Assembly (NCBI RefSeq): GCF_006345805.1
Contig: NC_043004.1
Coordinates: 12,338,001-12,402,000 of the forward strand
Direction: 5' to 3'
Length of the DNA: 64,000 nt
Source: Octopus sinensis
Taxonomy: Eukaryota
A program made the translations under genes and the position numbers. This document shows, one piece after another, positions 12,071 through 26,129 of this stretch. Below the pieces are notes generated by a model that was not told the origin of the DNA, searched no databases, and worked only from the letters and a program-made list of their open reading frames with translations. Numbering within the stretch: the first letter of the stretch is position 1; every line of letters starts with the position of its first letter.

Positions 12071-12249
12071 TATCTTTATCATCATGAACATTATCAACTT
12101 TTATATCTCAGTTTCATCCTTGGCATAAAGAAAATCATCACCATCATCACAAGCATTTTCATCATCATCATTGTTATCATCATTGACACCATCATCCTTA
12201 CAATCACCACCATCACAAGTATTCTCATCATCATCATTATCATCCTCAT

Positions 12250-12440
12250 TATTGGTGGCACGTAAAAGCACCCACTACACTCTCAGAGTGGTTGGCATTA
12301 GGAAGGGCATCCAGCTATAGAAATTCTGCCAGATCTAGATTGGAGCCTTGTGCAGCCATATAGTTCACCAGTCCTCAGTCAATCCGTCCAACCCATGCCA
12401 GCATGGAAAGCAGACGTTAAACAATGATGATGATGATAAC
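12250..12440 (+). mobile_element. RTE-tail-type SINE/LINE 3' end
   Basis: GGTTGGCATTAGGAAGGGCATCCAGC...CCATGCCAGCATGGAAAGCAGACGTTAAACAATGATG. Confidence 0.65.
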
Positions 12441-12613
12441 ACTATCACCCTTACAACTACCATGACAAGCATTTTCATCATCATTGTTATCATCTTCATT
12501 ATGATTATTATTATTATTATTATTAATTAACACATGACTCAACATATCCAAATCTAAATATATAAATATATAATTATTTTCCCTTTTTTTTTTCCTCTCT
12601 CTCTCTTTTTCAG

Positions 12614-12688
12614 ACAAACAACTGCCACACAGGCAATGCTGATATCAACAGTAACACCATCAATGCCATCCCGCAGAACAGAAACTGA
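12614..12688 (+). CDS. Sema2a: Semaphorin-2A-like terminal coding exon
   Basis: Long CT tract plus cag acceptor. In phase 0 it gives TNNCHTGNADINSNTINAIPQNRN* (TGA 12686-12688). No transmembrane segment, so the protein is predicted to be secreted. Confidence 0.72.
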   Translation, partial: TNNCHTGNADINSNTINAIPQNRN

Positions 12689-13899
12689 ATTCCTTTAAAA
12701 AAAAAAAATTAACAAAAATTTTAAATTAAAAAAAAAATTTAATTTTAAAAAAGAATCAAAAGAAATAAAGAAGATATATACATATATATATATGTGTGTG
12801 TGCGTGTGTGTGTATATGTATATATACATATATATATGCGTGTGTGTGTATAAATCAAATGTGTTTTTTTATACAGCAAAATAACATCCATATATATATA
12901 TGTGTGTGTATATATATGTATGTTTAAATATGTATATATATGTATATATATATATATATATATATGTTTATATATATACACACACACACTATATATATAT
13001 ACATGTATAATATATATATGCATATATATATATATAGACACATACACACAAGCATACATACCTCCCCCCCTACTCTTACTACTGTTACTACTACTACTAC
13101 CACTACCACCATTACTACTGTTAATACTACTACTACTACTACTACTACAAATGATGTTGTGTCTTTGATGACACTGTTGTCTTCTGTGATAGTGCCAGGA
13201 CAAATCGGCTTTTTTTCATTCCTGCCACTGGATGATAAAAAAAAACAAATTTAAAAACTGAAAAAAAAAACAAAAACGGCCCGCCATCAGCCCACCAACA
13301 CCATTTCTGCCATCGCCACTGCTGCTGCTGTTGCTGCCAATAACCAAAAAAGGAAAAACAGAACAACCAGCAGCAGCAGCAACAATAACAACAACAACAA
13401 CAACAACTTGAGTAACAGACAGTATGAGTAAAAGTAACAACAACAACAACAGCTGTTGCTGCAACACATATACAACAACGCCACACTAATCCTAATCCCT
13501 AATCCCTAACCCTTAACCCTTTCAGCCTTTCCATCATCCCACCTGTCAATTCCTATAAGTTCATCTTTTATTCTATTTCCTGTTATCTTTACGTCTTTCT
13601 CTTCCGATCTTTTTATCTTCTTCTCTTCTGCATCATCCTTTTCAACCCCAAACAAACCATCGCAGGTTTTAATCGGCCAATCGGTTGAACGATGAAGAAC
13701 TAACATTGGTGAAGAGGAGATTGGGAAAAATAACACACACACACACACACACATGAAACGGGAGCAGAGAGAAAATTCCATCACACACACACACAAAAAA
13801 AAAATATGGAAACCAACACGAATTATGCACCAAAAACCAAAAGAGAAACATAGCACTCTCGTTGATGACGTATAATAATAATATTAATAATAATATTAA

Positions 13900-14350
13900 T
13901 AAATATTCTGTTTAATACTACAGGTTTGCTCGTCAGTTGTTTGACCTTAACCAGTTGAGCATGTCCCTTGGTGGCTGACGATATGTGCATCTTTGATCAT
14001 GAGCTGAAGTAATAGGGGAGCATCATAGCCATATGCTGAAAGGAATTCTTGGAGGTTTGGATAATTCACCTCTGGAAACGTGGGTGTTTCGTTCAACATC
14101 CCTAAACAAACCTTAAGGACCTTTTGATCAGGATGGGTTACTCAACCAGAAGAAAATTCAAACTGGGCCCCACCTGCAAGGTCATGTGCTGTTAATCTTG
14201 ATATGAGATCACCATGTTGCGCACATATGGTTGTGATGCATGTGCCTGATGTACCTTTATCAGACGGGTAGTCATGATGGGTATACTGGGCCTCGTATAT
14301 TTTACCCCAGTGTCACTTTGATGGCATGCACTGCTCTCTCACTCAATAAT
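13900..14350 (+). mobile_element. Unclassified non-coding interspersed repeat ending in (AAT)n
   Basis: Highly similar to 39648-39870 and to the reverse complement of 44833-45392. Confidence 0.8.
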
Positions 14351-15223
14351 ATTAATAATAATGTTTTCATGATTGGCCCCGAGGGCCTAACACAAAACAC
14401 TTTCTACTATAGGCACAAGGCCTGGTATTTTGGATGAGTGGGTAGTTAAATAAATTGAACTCCGTGCTAATAATATTAATTAGTATGATGATGAATTACA
14501 GGTAAAGGGTAGATGAAGGTAAAGAGAGAAAAAATAGCAAATAAAATAAAAAGAAATACTTCCTGTGTGGGGGGTCCTTTATTTTCTTCTGAGCACATTC
14601 ATCTCGCCTTGCTTGTTACAATCTCTCTAAAAGTATATTTCTTAATATTATGTCTGTGTCTCATTATCTTTGTCTCTCTTTCTCTTTTTCCACTCTTGTT
14701 TTGTTCCCCCCCCCCCACACACTTTTTTTTTTTTTTCATGCTTATTTCATTCTGATGTTTTGCAGCCCCACCCAAATATATGTTGAATATCAGTGGTGTT
14801 TCAAAAAGGAAATGACCGGGGGTGGGGGAATATATACTGCAAGAAAACAACCCCAAAAATATCAACTAAAACAAAACAAAACAACAACCAAAAAAGTAAA
14901 GAAAAATGCATTAATAACAACAGTAATAACCATCACACAAACAACTGCAACAACAACAACATCAACAATAACAACGAAAACAAATTCTTGTTTCAGTACT
15001 AGTACTTCTACAACAACTACAATGCTGTCATGTCATCATCATCATCATCATCATAGTCAACCATTTCTCTTACAACATCTACTAAACTACTACAGCACCA
15101 ATATCAGCACCACTCTCCCAGCAATAATAAAATGACCACAATCGTTCTTTTGCTCCATCTGTGTATGTGTGTGTGAATATATGCATGTGTATCTACACAC
15201 ACACATATATATGTGTATGTGTG

Positions 15224-15254
<31 letters not shown>

Positions 15255-16809
15255 ATATATATATATATATATACAAATTTGTATAATAAGTTTGTACTCA
15301 ACAAAAGTGTGGAATAACTCTTCAGATTAATGTAAAATTGTTTTTATATTATAACTGAACATAAAAACAAACATACATATATATATATATATGTGTGTGT
15401 ATATGTATATATATATGTATGTATATATATGTGTATATATATATATATATATATGCTAAAATTGAACAGTGAGAATGAGTGTTCAACACCATATTGGTGG
15501 ATAAATGTTTTTATTTGTGGATTAACAAGGCTACCGATAGTTTCATGCTTAGCGATCTTCACAATTGTTCAAGCATGCCACATGGATGTGATGGTACTCA
15601 TCTCCATTATATATATATATATACACACACACTAGCAACGCATGAGTAAATTTGTTTCAATAGAGGTGATTATGGCTAGCATGCTCATAGATCATAGGTT
15701 TACTCTATTATGTTTGAACTGGGGATAAAAAAATAACGATTATCATAATCGCAACAACAAAAAAGCCTTTCACTGGTTGGTCAATGAACAAGAAACAGCA
15801 ACCAAATCTCCCTCAAATTTTACCCAAATGTCTTAGAAAATACTCTCCACATATGTCCACTCTGCATGGTCACTCAACTTGAGTAATTCTTGCTAGACAT
15901 TGCTGCCAAATCTCCTTCATTTTAATAACTTACTTTCTTTGAAAAAAGAAGGACACATTGGACAATATAGTCCTAGATATACCGATATGACTGGATGGCC
16001 ATAGTTAGAATGTCATTTGTCTTCTTGATCTCTTACACACCTTATAACCGACTTGATCTGTGATACCCCCACTGTATTACCTTTACAATTTTGTACTTCT
16101 AAAGTAAAGTGTCTCTCATAAAATAAAATGTAATTGATGATGATGATGATGATGATGGCAATGATGATAACGATGGTAATAATGAGACACAACTGCTCGT
16201 CCTCCTAGACCATGCATAAGTTGTGATTCTTTTGAAAGCAATGTTAAACCAGACAAAACAACAATCTTATGAAACAACAGCAGTAGATAATAGTATGTTT
16301 GTATACCTAACCATCTGCCTATCTCTTTATTTCCTTCTCTTTGTATTTAAACAGACATATGTGTCTATATATGTATATATATATAAGCAGTGTCGAACAC
16401 ATTCAAAGTATGTGTTTTTTCAGTTCGTGGGCAGGCTGCGATTGTAGGTGGAAGAGAATATATATTCTCATGAATTCGCCTGGTGTTGAAACACCTGCAA
16501 GTCATAGACAAGCAAGATATACATACATACATATGTATATATCTATATATTTGTGTCCGCTCTTTCATGCTGGCACATTTGTATTGTGTGTGTACATATA
16601 TGTAACCTATTTTGTAGGTGTACAAAGATGGGTACTTTAGCTATTTCTCGATAGACTGAAAAATTGACTTTTAGATTCTCGTTAGAGGCATCTATATCAA
16701 TTCGTCCATTCCCACAGAAACTAACAGCTAATATGTTTATGATATATAATCACTCATATATAAGCTATGTATTCTATTTTACTGTAAAATTCAAATTTAC
16801 TGTAAATTT

Positions 16810-16848
<39 letters not shown>

Positions 16849-16898
16849 GTAAATGTTAAGCAATGAAATCCACTGTGCTGGTGGATAGTTTTTTTAAG

Positions 16899-17091
16899 GT
16901 ATTAAGGCTACCATTAGTTTCATGTTAAGAAAAATAGTTTACTACCTTAAAAATTTTTCAAGCCGCTCACATGGAGGAATGGTTTTCATTATCCAAAACG
17001 GAGATGGTCACCATTCCTCTATGTGATTGACTTGAAAAATTGTTATATTAAATTGATTTTCTTAACAAGAAACCGATGGTAGCCTTAATAC
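16899..17091. mobile_element. Foldback MITE-like element with TTAA at both ends
   Basis: Arms of ~90 bp are imperfect reverse complements: TTAA|GGCTACCAT...ATGGTAGCC|TTAA. Confidence 0.7.
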
Positions 17092-18639
17092 AAAATAAAG
17101 CAATACATGTAGTGTACGTTTCCATGATGGTAAGATTAACAGCAAAAGTACTCCATCTGGTGGATCATAAATATTATTAAATAAATACTATATATAATTT
17201 TATGAGCTACTAAAAGTTTCTTGTGATGACCACAACTCAGCAGTTTTTAACATGTCTGAGGATTGCATGAAAGCACCTGACATGTTATAAAATGCTGTCT
17301 GAGTTATTTTTATTACATGAAACTATTAGTGACTCATAAAAATACATATTGTGCTTATTAAATAATATATATATTATTTGTTATAATATATATTATTATA
17401 TTGATTCATCAGACTTAATTGAATGCGTTTGCAATATAGAAAGTTTATTAAATATCTCTATGTGGTTGGGTACTTGGTAGAGCTAAATTATATTGGTGCT
17501 TTGCACTATCTACCCTGTTACCCTCCAGGTACATCTCACTGCCTGGGGAGTAACTCCAGGTAGTTTTTTGGTGCAATGCACCCTGGATGAGATCAGCCTC
17601 CTATGTTGTTTAAAGCAGGATGTAAGGGTAATGTGTAGGGAATTAAAATGCTGGGAAATTAGTATGAGACTTGTAAGATCATAATATTCAGAATAATGTT
17701 AAAATTACATCAAATAAATTTATTTATCATGTTTTTTAAGCTTCTTAAAAGATATTTTAACATTTCAGAATTTCAATTAAAACTATTTCCTATTTCAAAT
17801 TGATAGGAAGTAGTTTGAAGGGAAAATTGGCTGCTAATCTTAGCCAGTTGAGTACCTGAATATAGAACCACCTATGTTGGCTCATTCTGTATAAAAATAT
17901 AAGTCACTCTCGCATGGCCATTGATCTTTCTGACAACCCTGATATTTTAGCATTATCTCTTAAGCTGACTCATCTAATCTCACCTTCAGTCTAATTTACA
18001 TCTTACTTTATCAAACAACCTTCATTACTCATTCTGTCTGTCTTTTTCTAATTTTTACCTCTCTCCTTTTATCTATTTGTCTGTCTGTCTATTTATCTAT
18101 CTATCTATAGATAGATAGATAGATAGACAATCAGATATCTATCTATCTATCTATCTGTTTATCAGTCTGTCTTCCATAACCATCCACAGACAAGTTCTTT
18201 ACTTCTTCTTACTCTTCTACTTGCAGAGCTGTTACAATCAACATCCCATACCATCTGAAACTAGGGAGACTTACTGTTATTCCTCAACTCACTAGATATT
18301 GCAATCAAATCTTCGTCAATTACACTCTGTCTTTAAAAAAAAATTAGGGTTACAATTAACAGTGCAGTCCTTGATAAATGGGATAGTCACAGCTGGACTG
18401 CCTATATTTACTTTATCAGGGATTCTCAGATCTAAATAACACTAAACTAAACCATATTGCACTCCACAATACTAACACTTCTCCATTTTCTTCTTATTCT
18501 TATACGTAAATGGTAATATAACCATATTTATCAATGTGAAGCTCACATCTTTTAGTATTTCACTGTTACACTGGATAAATCTGAGGAATTTGGATGCTGA
18601 CATCACTTTAAGAGGCAATCACACCCTTGAAATAATATA

Positions 18640-18640
18640 G

Positions 18641-18698
<58 letters not shown>

Positions 18699-18760
18699 GT
18701 ATGTATATGTATATATATATATATATATGTATATATATAATATATATATATATATGTATG

Positions 18761-18799
<39 letters not shown>

Positions 18800-18902
18800 A
18801 TGTATATATATATATATATATATGTATGTATATGTATATATATATATATATATATATGTATATTATATATATATATATATAATATGTATGTATATATATA
18901 TG

Positions 18903-18933
<31 letters not shown>

Positions 18934-19032
18934 ATATATATGTATGTGTGTATATATATATATATATATAGTATATATATATATATATCTATATATATTA
19001 TATATATATGTATATATATATGTAAATATATG

Positions 19033-19076
<44 letters not shown>

Positions 19077-19162
19077 CATGTGTGCGTATATTCATATGTA
19101 AATGTAAGTATATATGTGTATGTATGTATTTATATATATGAGTATATATGTGTGTGTGTCTA

Positions 19163-19199
<37 letters not shown>

Positions 19200-19300
19200 T
19201 GTGTATATATGTATATGTGTGTACATATATGTTTATATATATGTATATATATATTGTATATATATATATGTATATGTGTATATATATAATATACACACAC
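18640..19300. repeat. Long (TA)n/(TATG)n microsatellite block
   Basis: Visible directly in the sequence. Confidence 0.95.
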
Positions 19301-20049
19301 ACATTCGCAACTATATAGAGGTATATGAAAAATTTATTTTGTTGTATGATTAAAACAAACAAAAGCAATATACATGTAAACAACATCGTCATCATCATCG
19401 TAACGTCCTCCTACTACCACTGCTACTGCTATTCTGCCTCATCATCATCATTGCCATAATCAACATCGTCAACATCAGCTGTGCTCACAAACTCATAAGC
19501 ATGTACACAACCTGGTATAACACCCGTGTACTCTTACATGGAAATATATGCATCCACTCACTCACGTACATACATACATACATACACACACCCATTATTA
19601 TTTTCTTAACTTTTTTACCTACATATACATACATACATACATACATACACACAAATGTACACAAAAACTTATTCAACACATACATAATCGCACACTCACA
19701 TGCACAACCTTGCTGAATGTGTATTCTAATTCTATCGAATTAGCTGTTACCCAGGGTTTCTGTTTGTCAGTTAGTTACACATTGTTGTCTGCAAGCCCTT
19801 AGCTAGCAACTGGCTGCATAACCCTGCTCTTCCAATCTTTTTCCATCCATCCCTTCCTCGTCTCCACATCCGTCTTTCACTCTCCAATTTGTCCACATAC
19901 CTCTGTTGCATTATATGAAATTTCTAATCTTTCTCATTCTCCTCCTCCTGCTCTTCTACTTATATATATATATATTGTATATATATATATTTAATATATA
20001 TATATTTATATGTATATGCATATATATTGTGTATATATATATATATAAT

Positions 20050-20092
<43 letters not shown>

Positions 20093-21022
20093 TTGTTACA
20101 TATGTATGCATTTAAGTGAAGAATGAGCTGTTTACTCCATTGTTTACAATTGTTTTATCAATGTACGAGTGATAAATCCTATAACATGCATGAAGAGATG
20201 GAAGGGAGCAATAATGCTGGTGATATCGATAATGTGATATGTATTACACAATAATTGGCCCATGATCATTTAGTCATGACACTAGTGAACTAGTAAATAT
20301 ATACACTTGCAGAATGGATGAATGTACTTATATAGAATGACCTGGTGGGAATTGATTGATTGATTCAGAAAAGAGGAGTTAATGATAGAAGTGTCACACA
20401 CACACATATATACACACATATATATACATACACACAGGGTGATCATAAATTATTTTTACAATTTGATTCAATAAATTGAGTGAGTTTAAGATAATGTATG
20501 GATATTGTGTGTGTGTGTGTGTATAAGATTTATCCATAACAAAGAGTTGAATAAAATGCATATTTTTGTCTCCCTCAAAGGATCGTCAGGCATGCTGACG
20601 AGCCCTTCAGTGGAACAGTGTTTGCATTTTTTTTTTTTTTGTGGGACTCTCTAGTTTGGATAAGGACATATTGGCACTTATTGAGTTCTTTAATTTATTT
20701 GGTCTATGTTCCAAAGAACCGGTACTTATAGGAAATATATATATATATAATATATATGTATGTAACATTTTGTCTCAGCTCTGAATGGATGCATAGGACA
20801 AACCCCGTCTCATCAGAAATTGAAAGAAGAATTATTGAGTGATACAGAGCCAAGTCAAACTGTTAATTAAGAATATATATATATAAGTCCTACCAAACAT
20901 GCTAAGTGCCATTTTCTTTCATTTGTCCACACACACACACACACACCACACATATATAGAAACTTCTTGCTTTCTCTCTCACCGTTTTATCATCTGCTTC
21001 CATTACTAAGACTTTGCACATA

Positions 21023-21057
<35 letters not shown>

Positions 21058-23112
21058 CTTTTTCTTGTCTTTTTCCTCCTCTTCTCCACTGCTGCCCCTC
21101 CCCTCAATTCTAACTGCTATTTCTCTTTTATTCCCTCTATCTCTAGTCTCTCACCTTTCCCCAACCACCACCGCCACCACCACCACCACGACCACCACCA
21201 CCAACAACACACCCAACAAACCCTTACTTATAGGTTTATCTGTTGGTCATTGTATCTTTTGTTAATCCTCTCTCTATATATCTATCTATCTATCTTATCT
21301 ATCTCTTCATCTCTATCAAGCTCTCTCTCTTTCTCAATATATATATATATTTCTCTCTCTCTCCATTTCTCTCCAATCATCAGTTACATAACCTTGCCAT
21401 CAATCACTTATGCACCGCCGCCGCCGCCGCCGCCGCCACCACCACCACTACCATCACAACCACCACCACCACCACCACTACTACCACCACTACAATGAAA
21501 TGAAATGACATTCAATGCTACTGCAACAGCGACACAACAACCACCACCCACCCACCCACCAACCGCCAGTCTCGAAACCCCCACCCTCCTCCATCCCCCC
21601 GCTATTATTGACATGTAACTAATATGGGGTGAGTGGGTGGGTGGGTGGGTTTTGGGGGGAGGTCATAAATTTGGGAAGGTCAAGTACAGTACTTTTTTTT
21701 TCTTTTTTTGTGGATTAAATCTACCCACCTTAGACGCCCACCGAATATATCTTCACCCCCAGTACTTCACTTGACCTGGAAAAATGAAGAACTACAGTAC
21801 CGTTACAAGAACTGTTAGCAAAACCCTCGCTACTATCCGTGTTATAAACACACAACTTTACAACGCACCACTACAAACACTACTACTATTACTACTAACA
21901 ATACTATTACTATTCCTGCTACAGTCTAAATCAATATAACAACATAACAATGATAATAAAAAAAGGATATATAAAACAAAAATTAAAATTTGTAGCATAA
22001 TCACATGACTACAATTAATAAAATTAATTTTAAAAAATTATTAAAAATAACAATAATAATAATAATAAAGATAAAAATAATAACTATAATGATGAACACT
22101 ACTACGACAACCATTACCATTACCACTACTACTATTACCAACACCACTACAAGCAAAAAGCAGAACTTGATTCAGTTCTCTACAGGAAAACTGTAAATAA
22201 TAAAATACGTAATTTTACCATTTTCTCTTTTATTCTTGTCATTTTGTTTTTGTATCTGATTTGCAAGATTCTTGCTATGAATTCGTGTATTGAAACATGT
22301 ATTGTTGTTGTATCTCGGTGGGGGGGGGTCGTTATGCCAACACTTGTTTCTAGTATTGCCTCAAGGCGTGAAGTTTTTTGTGGGCGGAAGGTAGACGATT
22401 GCATCGACCGCCACCCAACTCCGGTACTCAACTGATATGTAATTAATTTATCGACACTAAAAGGATGAAGAGCAAAGGCGAACTCAACGGGATTTCAACT
22501 CGGAATGTAAAGAGCTGGAAAAAGTACCGTTTTGGATTTTGTCTGATATGCTAACGATTCTACCAGCTTGCTGGTTTTCCTTCTGCCAGTCGTAGACACA
22601 CGCATTGGTTCTATTTCACATCTTTATCATTTGGTTAATTATGTAACCAAATTAACTAATCAATCTTCTGATAAATCATTCGGCCAATTAATCAGCTAGG
22701 TTTTTGTAAGTTCTTTTATTTTCATTGGCGATTTCATTAACGACAGCGAATGGTGGCGTAAGAACTTAGACGAGCCTAACAGATCGCTTGATTAACCGAA
22801 GTATTAACCAAACACTTGATTAGTTAATTGATTGAATAGTTAAGCAATTGATACATAAATAATAAAGAACTTAAGTAGTACCGGTGCGTGTGTTTATTAT
22901 TGGTAAAGTGACCCTTCCGAGATATAACAAAATTTTGTCATTTCATTTTGCTTTATCTTACGTTGCTGATGCTGCTTCTGAGAGGCCAAAACCAATAAAT
23001 GTTACCCACTGCCTTCTATTATGTGCCATCGACTGAGCAAATTGGTAGGTGACTTACATTGCTTCATTGATGGTCTTACATTGCTTCATTGATGGTCATT
23101 AAATCTTCTTTG

Positions 23113-23432
23113 TGAAGGCGCGTGGCTTAGTGGTTAGAGCACTAAGATTGTAAGGTCGTGAGTTCGATTCCCGGCGATGCATTGTGTCCTTGAGCAAGAC
23201 ACTTTATTTCACGTTGCTCCAGTCCACTCAGCTGGCAAAAATGAGTTGTACTTGTATTTTAAAAGGGCCGGCCTTGTCACACTCTGTGTCACGCTGAATC
23301 TCCCTGAGAACTACGTTAGGGGTACACATGCCTGTGGATTGCTCAGTCACTTGCACGTTAATTTCACGAGCCGGCTGTTCCGTTGATCATATCAGCTGGG
23401 ACCCTCGTCGTCGTAACCGACGGAGTGCTCCT
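23113..23432 (+). mobile_element. SINE family 3, full length
   Basis: Pol III A box (TGGCTTAGTGG) and B box (GAGTTCGATTCCC), CORE-like central block. Confidence 0.85.
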
Positions 23433-23717
23433 AAATTAAGTCTTCTTTACAGTGAGAAACAGACCGATTTCAGCTGCAGTATTCTGGAGGAGTGTTAACA
23501 AGTCTTAAACATCACACTTTGATAGCCAAGATCAGAGAAACAAATGCTCTTCTGACGCCTTCGTCATTTCATATTAATGCTTTTCTCTTACGGGGTCATA
23601 GTTGCTTACGGATGTAGTCCACTTTCATAAAAGGAAAAGTAGCTAGATTATTTCCTTGAAGAATGCCTGCTGCTGTTTGAAACTCCATAATTCATTCTGA
23701 TTTGAATAGTTGACTAT

Positions 23718-23881
23718 AGGCGCAGGAGTGGCTGTGTGGTAAGTAGCTTGCTTACCAACCACATGGTTCCGGGTTCAGTCCCACTGGGCAAGTGTCTTCT
23801 ACTATAGCCTCGGGCTGACCAAAGCTATTGAGTGGATTTGGTAGACGGAAACTGAAAGAAGCCCGTCGTGTATATGTGTAT

Positions 23882-23912
<31 letters not shown>

Positions 23913-24112
23913 TTTTGAGTCTGTGTTTGCCCCCCCCCCGACATCGCTTGACTACCGATGCTGATGTGTTTACGTCCCCCGTAACTTAGCGGTTCGACAG
24001 AAGAGACTAGGCTTACAAAGAATAAGTCCTGGGGGGTCGACTTGCTCGACTAAAGGCGGTGCTCCAGCATGGCCACAGTCAAATGACTGAAACAAGTGAA
24101 AGAGTAAAGAGT
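23718..24112 (+). mobile_element. SINE family 1, full length
   Basis: Matches the family consensus. Confidence 0.9.
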
Positions 24113-24384
24113 ATTACACGACAACTACCTTTTGGGGTTTGAATTTTACACTGATTTCGAAATATCAGGCCATTTGATCTGGGTTTTTACGAAAATATGC
24201 ATGGACCCCGTGAAAGTGCACTACTCATTGAACAACTACAACTTCACGCAGCTCTTACTATAATATAGACTTCTTCCTGAAATTATAATACCTTTCATTT
24301 CAGTGATTCTCAAATGTCGCCCTTTTTTATTTTGTTCAGCGCGTATATTCAAATGAAGCCCTTATTTTTCTCCTATTATCTGTA

Positions 24385-24800
24385 TTAAAGCTCTCCCGGT
24401 CTTACAGACTTATTTGAAAAAAAAAACGTATCCAATCCTAAACAAAACAGACAGCATTTATTCTCTTGCAGTTTTACCAAAGTACTCAGGCATTTCTTTT
24501 CTTGAACTGTGTGTCCTTGAAATTTAAATTCTAGCATTTCTCTATTCTTTCGATGCACAAATACGAACAACTTAGCGGGCGATAAATCTTCCATATTGAC
24601 GAATTTGTCGTGTCTACTCCCGCAACATTTCTGGCTTTTTGAGAGGTCTTTTTCTGTTGCTCCACTTTATTTTGACATTTTTTGAAGCTGTTTTCATAGC
24701 TTTACCCATTCCGCACAATTTTCTTCCGAAAGAAGAAACCTTCTTCACCTTTTTCTACAAAACTGCTAACCTTTCTGCAGAGCACTTTCAATAACTTTCA
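24385..24800 (-). pseudogene. Possible highly decayed Tc1/mariner-superfamily transposase remnant
   Basis: Only weak motif-like stretches (FFFSNK resembling FSDEK; basic linker); no TIRs found. Confidence 0.2.
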
Positions 24801-25019
24801 GGTAAATTATTACCACATTTTTACTGTTTCGCATGGAGGTCATTTGTGCACAACCTGAAGAGGCGGAAACATTACTTCATGAATTCTTCAAAACAACTGA
24901 GCTTGCCTGATCTGCACACAGAGGGAAACTGTTAAGATATGTTTAGACAGCTGTCATAAAAAATAGTGAAAGAAAAAACCCCTAAAGAATCACAATTTGT
25001 AACTGTGTTCAATAATCTT

Positions 25020-25595
25020 TTCTACTCTAGGCACAAGGCTCGAAATTTGGTGGGAGGGGGCCAGTCGATTAGACCGACCCAGTACGCAACTGGTACTTAA
25101 TTTATCGACCCTGAGAGGATGAAAGGCGAAGTCGATCTCGGCGGAATTTGAACTCAGAACGTAGTGGCAGACGAAATACCTATTTCTGTACTACTCACAA
25201 GGAGCTAAACACAGAGAGGACAAACAACGACAAACAAGCGGATTAAGTCGATTATATCGACCCCAGTGCGTAACTGGTACTTAATTTATCGACCCCGAAA
25301 GGATGAAAGGCAAAATCGACCTCGGTGGAATTTGAACTCAGAATGTAACGACCGACGAAATACCTATTTCTTTATTACCCACGAGGGGCTAAACACAGAG
25401 GGGACAAACAAGGACAGACATAGGTATTAAGTCGATTGCATCGACTCCAGTGCATAACTGGTACTTAATTTATCGACCCCGAAATGATGAAAGGCAAAGT
25501 CGACCTCGGCGAAATTTGAACTCAACGTAACGGCAGACGAAATACCGCTAAGCATTTCGTCCGGCGTGCTAACGTTTCTGCCAGCTCGCCGCCTT
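25020..25595 (-). mobile_element. SINE family 2 trimer: head + body/tail-Y + body/tail-Y + body/tail-X
   Basis: Head GGCGGCGAGCTGGCAGAAACG. Units join as ...AAAGAAATA|GGTATTTCGTC at 25364/25365 and 25180/25181. Confidence 0.9.
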
Positions 25596-26129
25596 CAGCC
25601 GTGTTCTATAATATAATAATTATTATAGGTCTTGGTGTTGTTACCGGTCACAGATTCACTCTTGAAATATTAAAAAAAAAACCCACAAGTTTGCATAAAT
25701 TTGTGTTAAGGCTATATTAATAAATTTTATTTGTAAGTAGTAGAATTATGTGCCCCTTGGAGGGTACATCTATTATGTAATAATAAAATGTATACTGAAA
25801 TGAAAAGACCTAATGATATCGAAAAAGACTAGAATACTTTTCCTCGTTTGTAAATACAAGATAAATACGTTTAAACTCAAAAGTTGATTTGTTGTTTTTG
25901 AAATTTCAGGATCGCTTTTAACATATCAAGATTTAAGTGAAGATATACAGTACATATGTACACACACACACGCACACACATACACATATTGTACACTTGC
26001 ACACGTATATATCTGAAGTAGAGTTTCTGTATAGGCAAATGAATAACAAATGACGACTTCAGGTACAAAAACAACACAAGTCCAAGGGGCGTTCTAAAGA
26101 TCCCATTCGGTCATGAATGACCATGGGAT

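Noticed and set aside
13490-13525. Telomere-like (CCCTAA)n
   Set aside because: Only a few degenerate units; compatible with chance simple-repeat drift.
13970-14050. CTGACGA in the unclassified repeat as a hammerhead ribozyme
   Set aside because: No correctly spaced GAAA or stem architecture on either strand.
20575-20615. Hairpin containing CTGACGA, a possible hammerhead ribozyme core
   Set aside because: No stem II closed by C-GAAA and no stem I/III partners.
23113-23190. tRNA gene
   Set aside because: A and B boxes are present, but the sequence continues into a SINE body and lacks a complete cloverleaf.
25020-25595. CRISPR-like or satellite array
   Set aside because: The units are SINE bodies of ~185 bp with retroposon tails, not repeat-spacer arrays.
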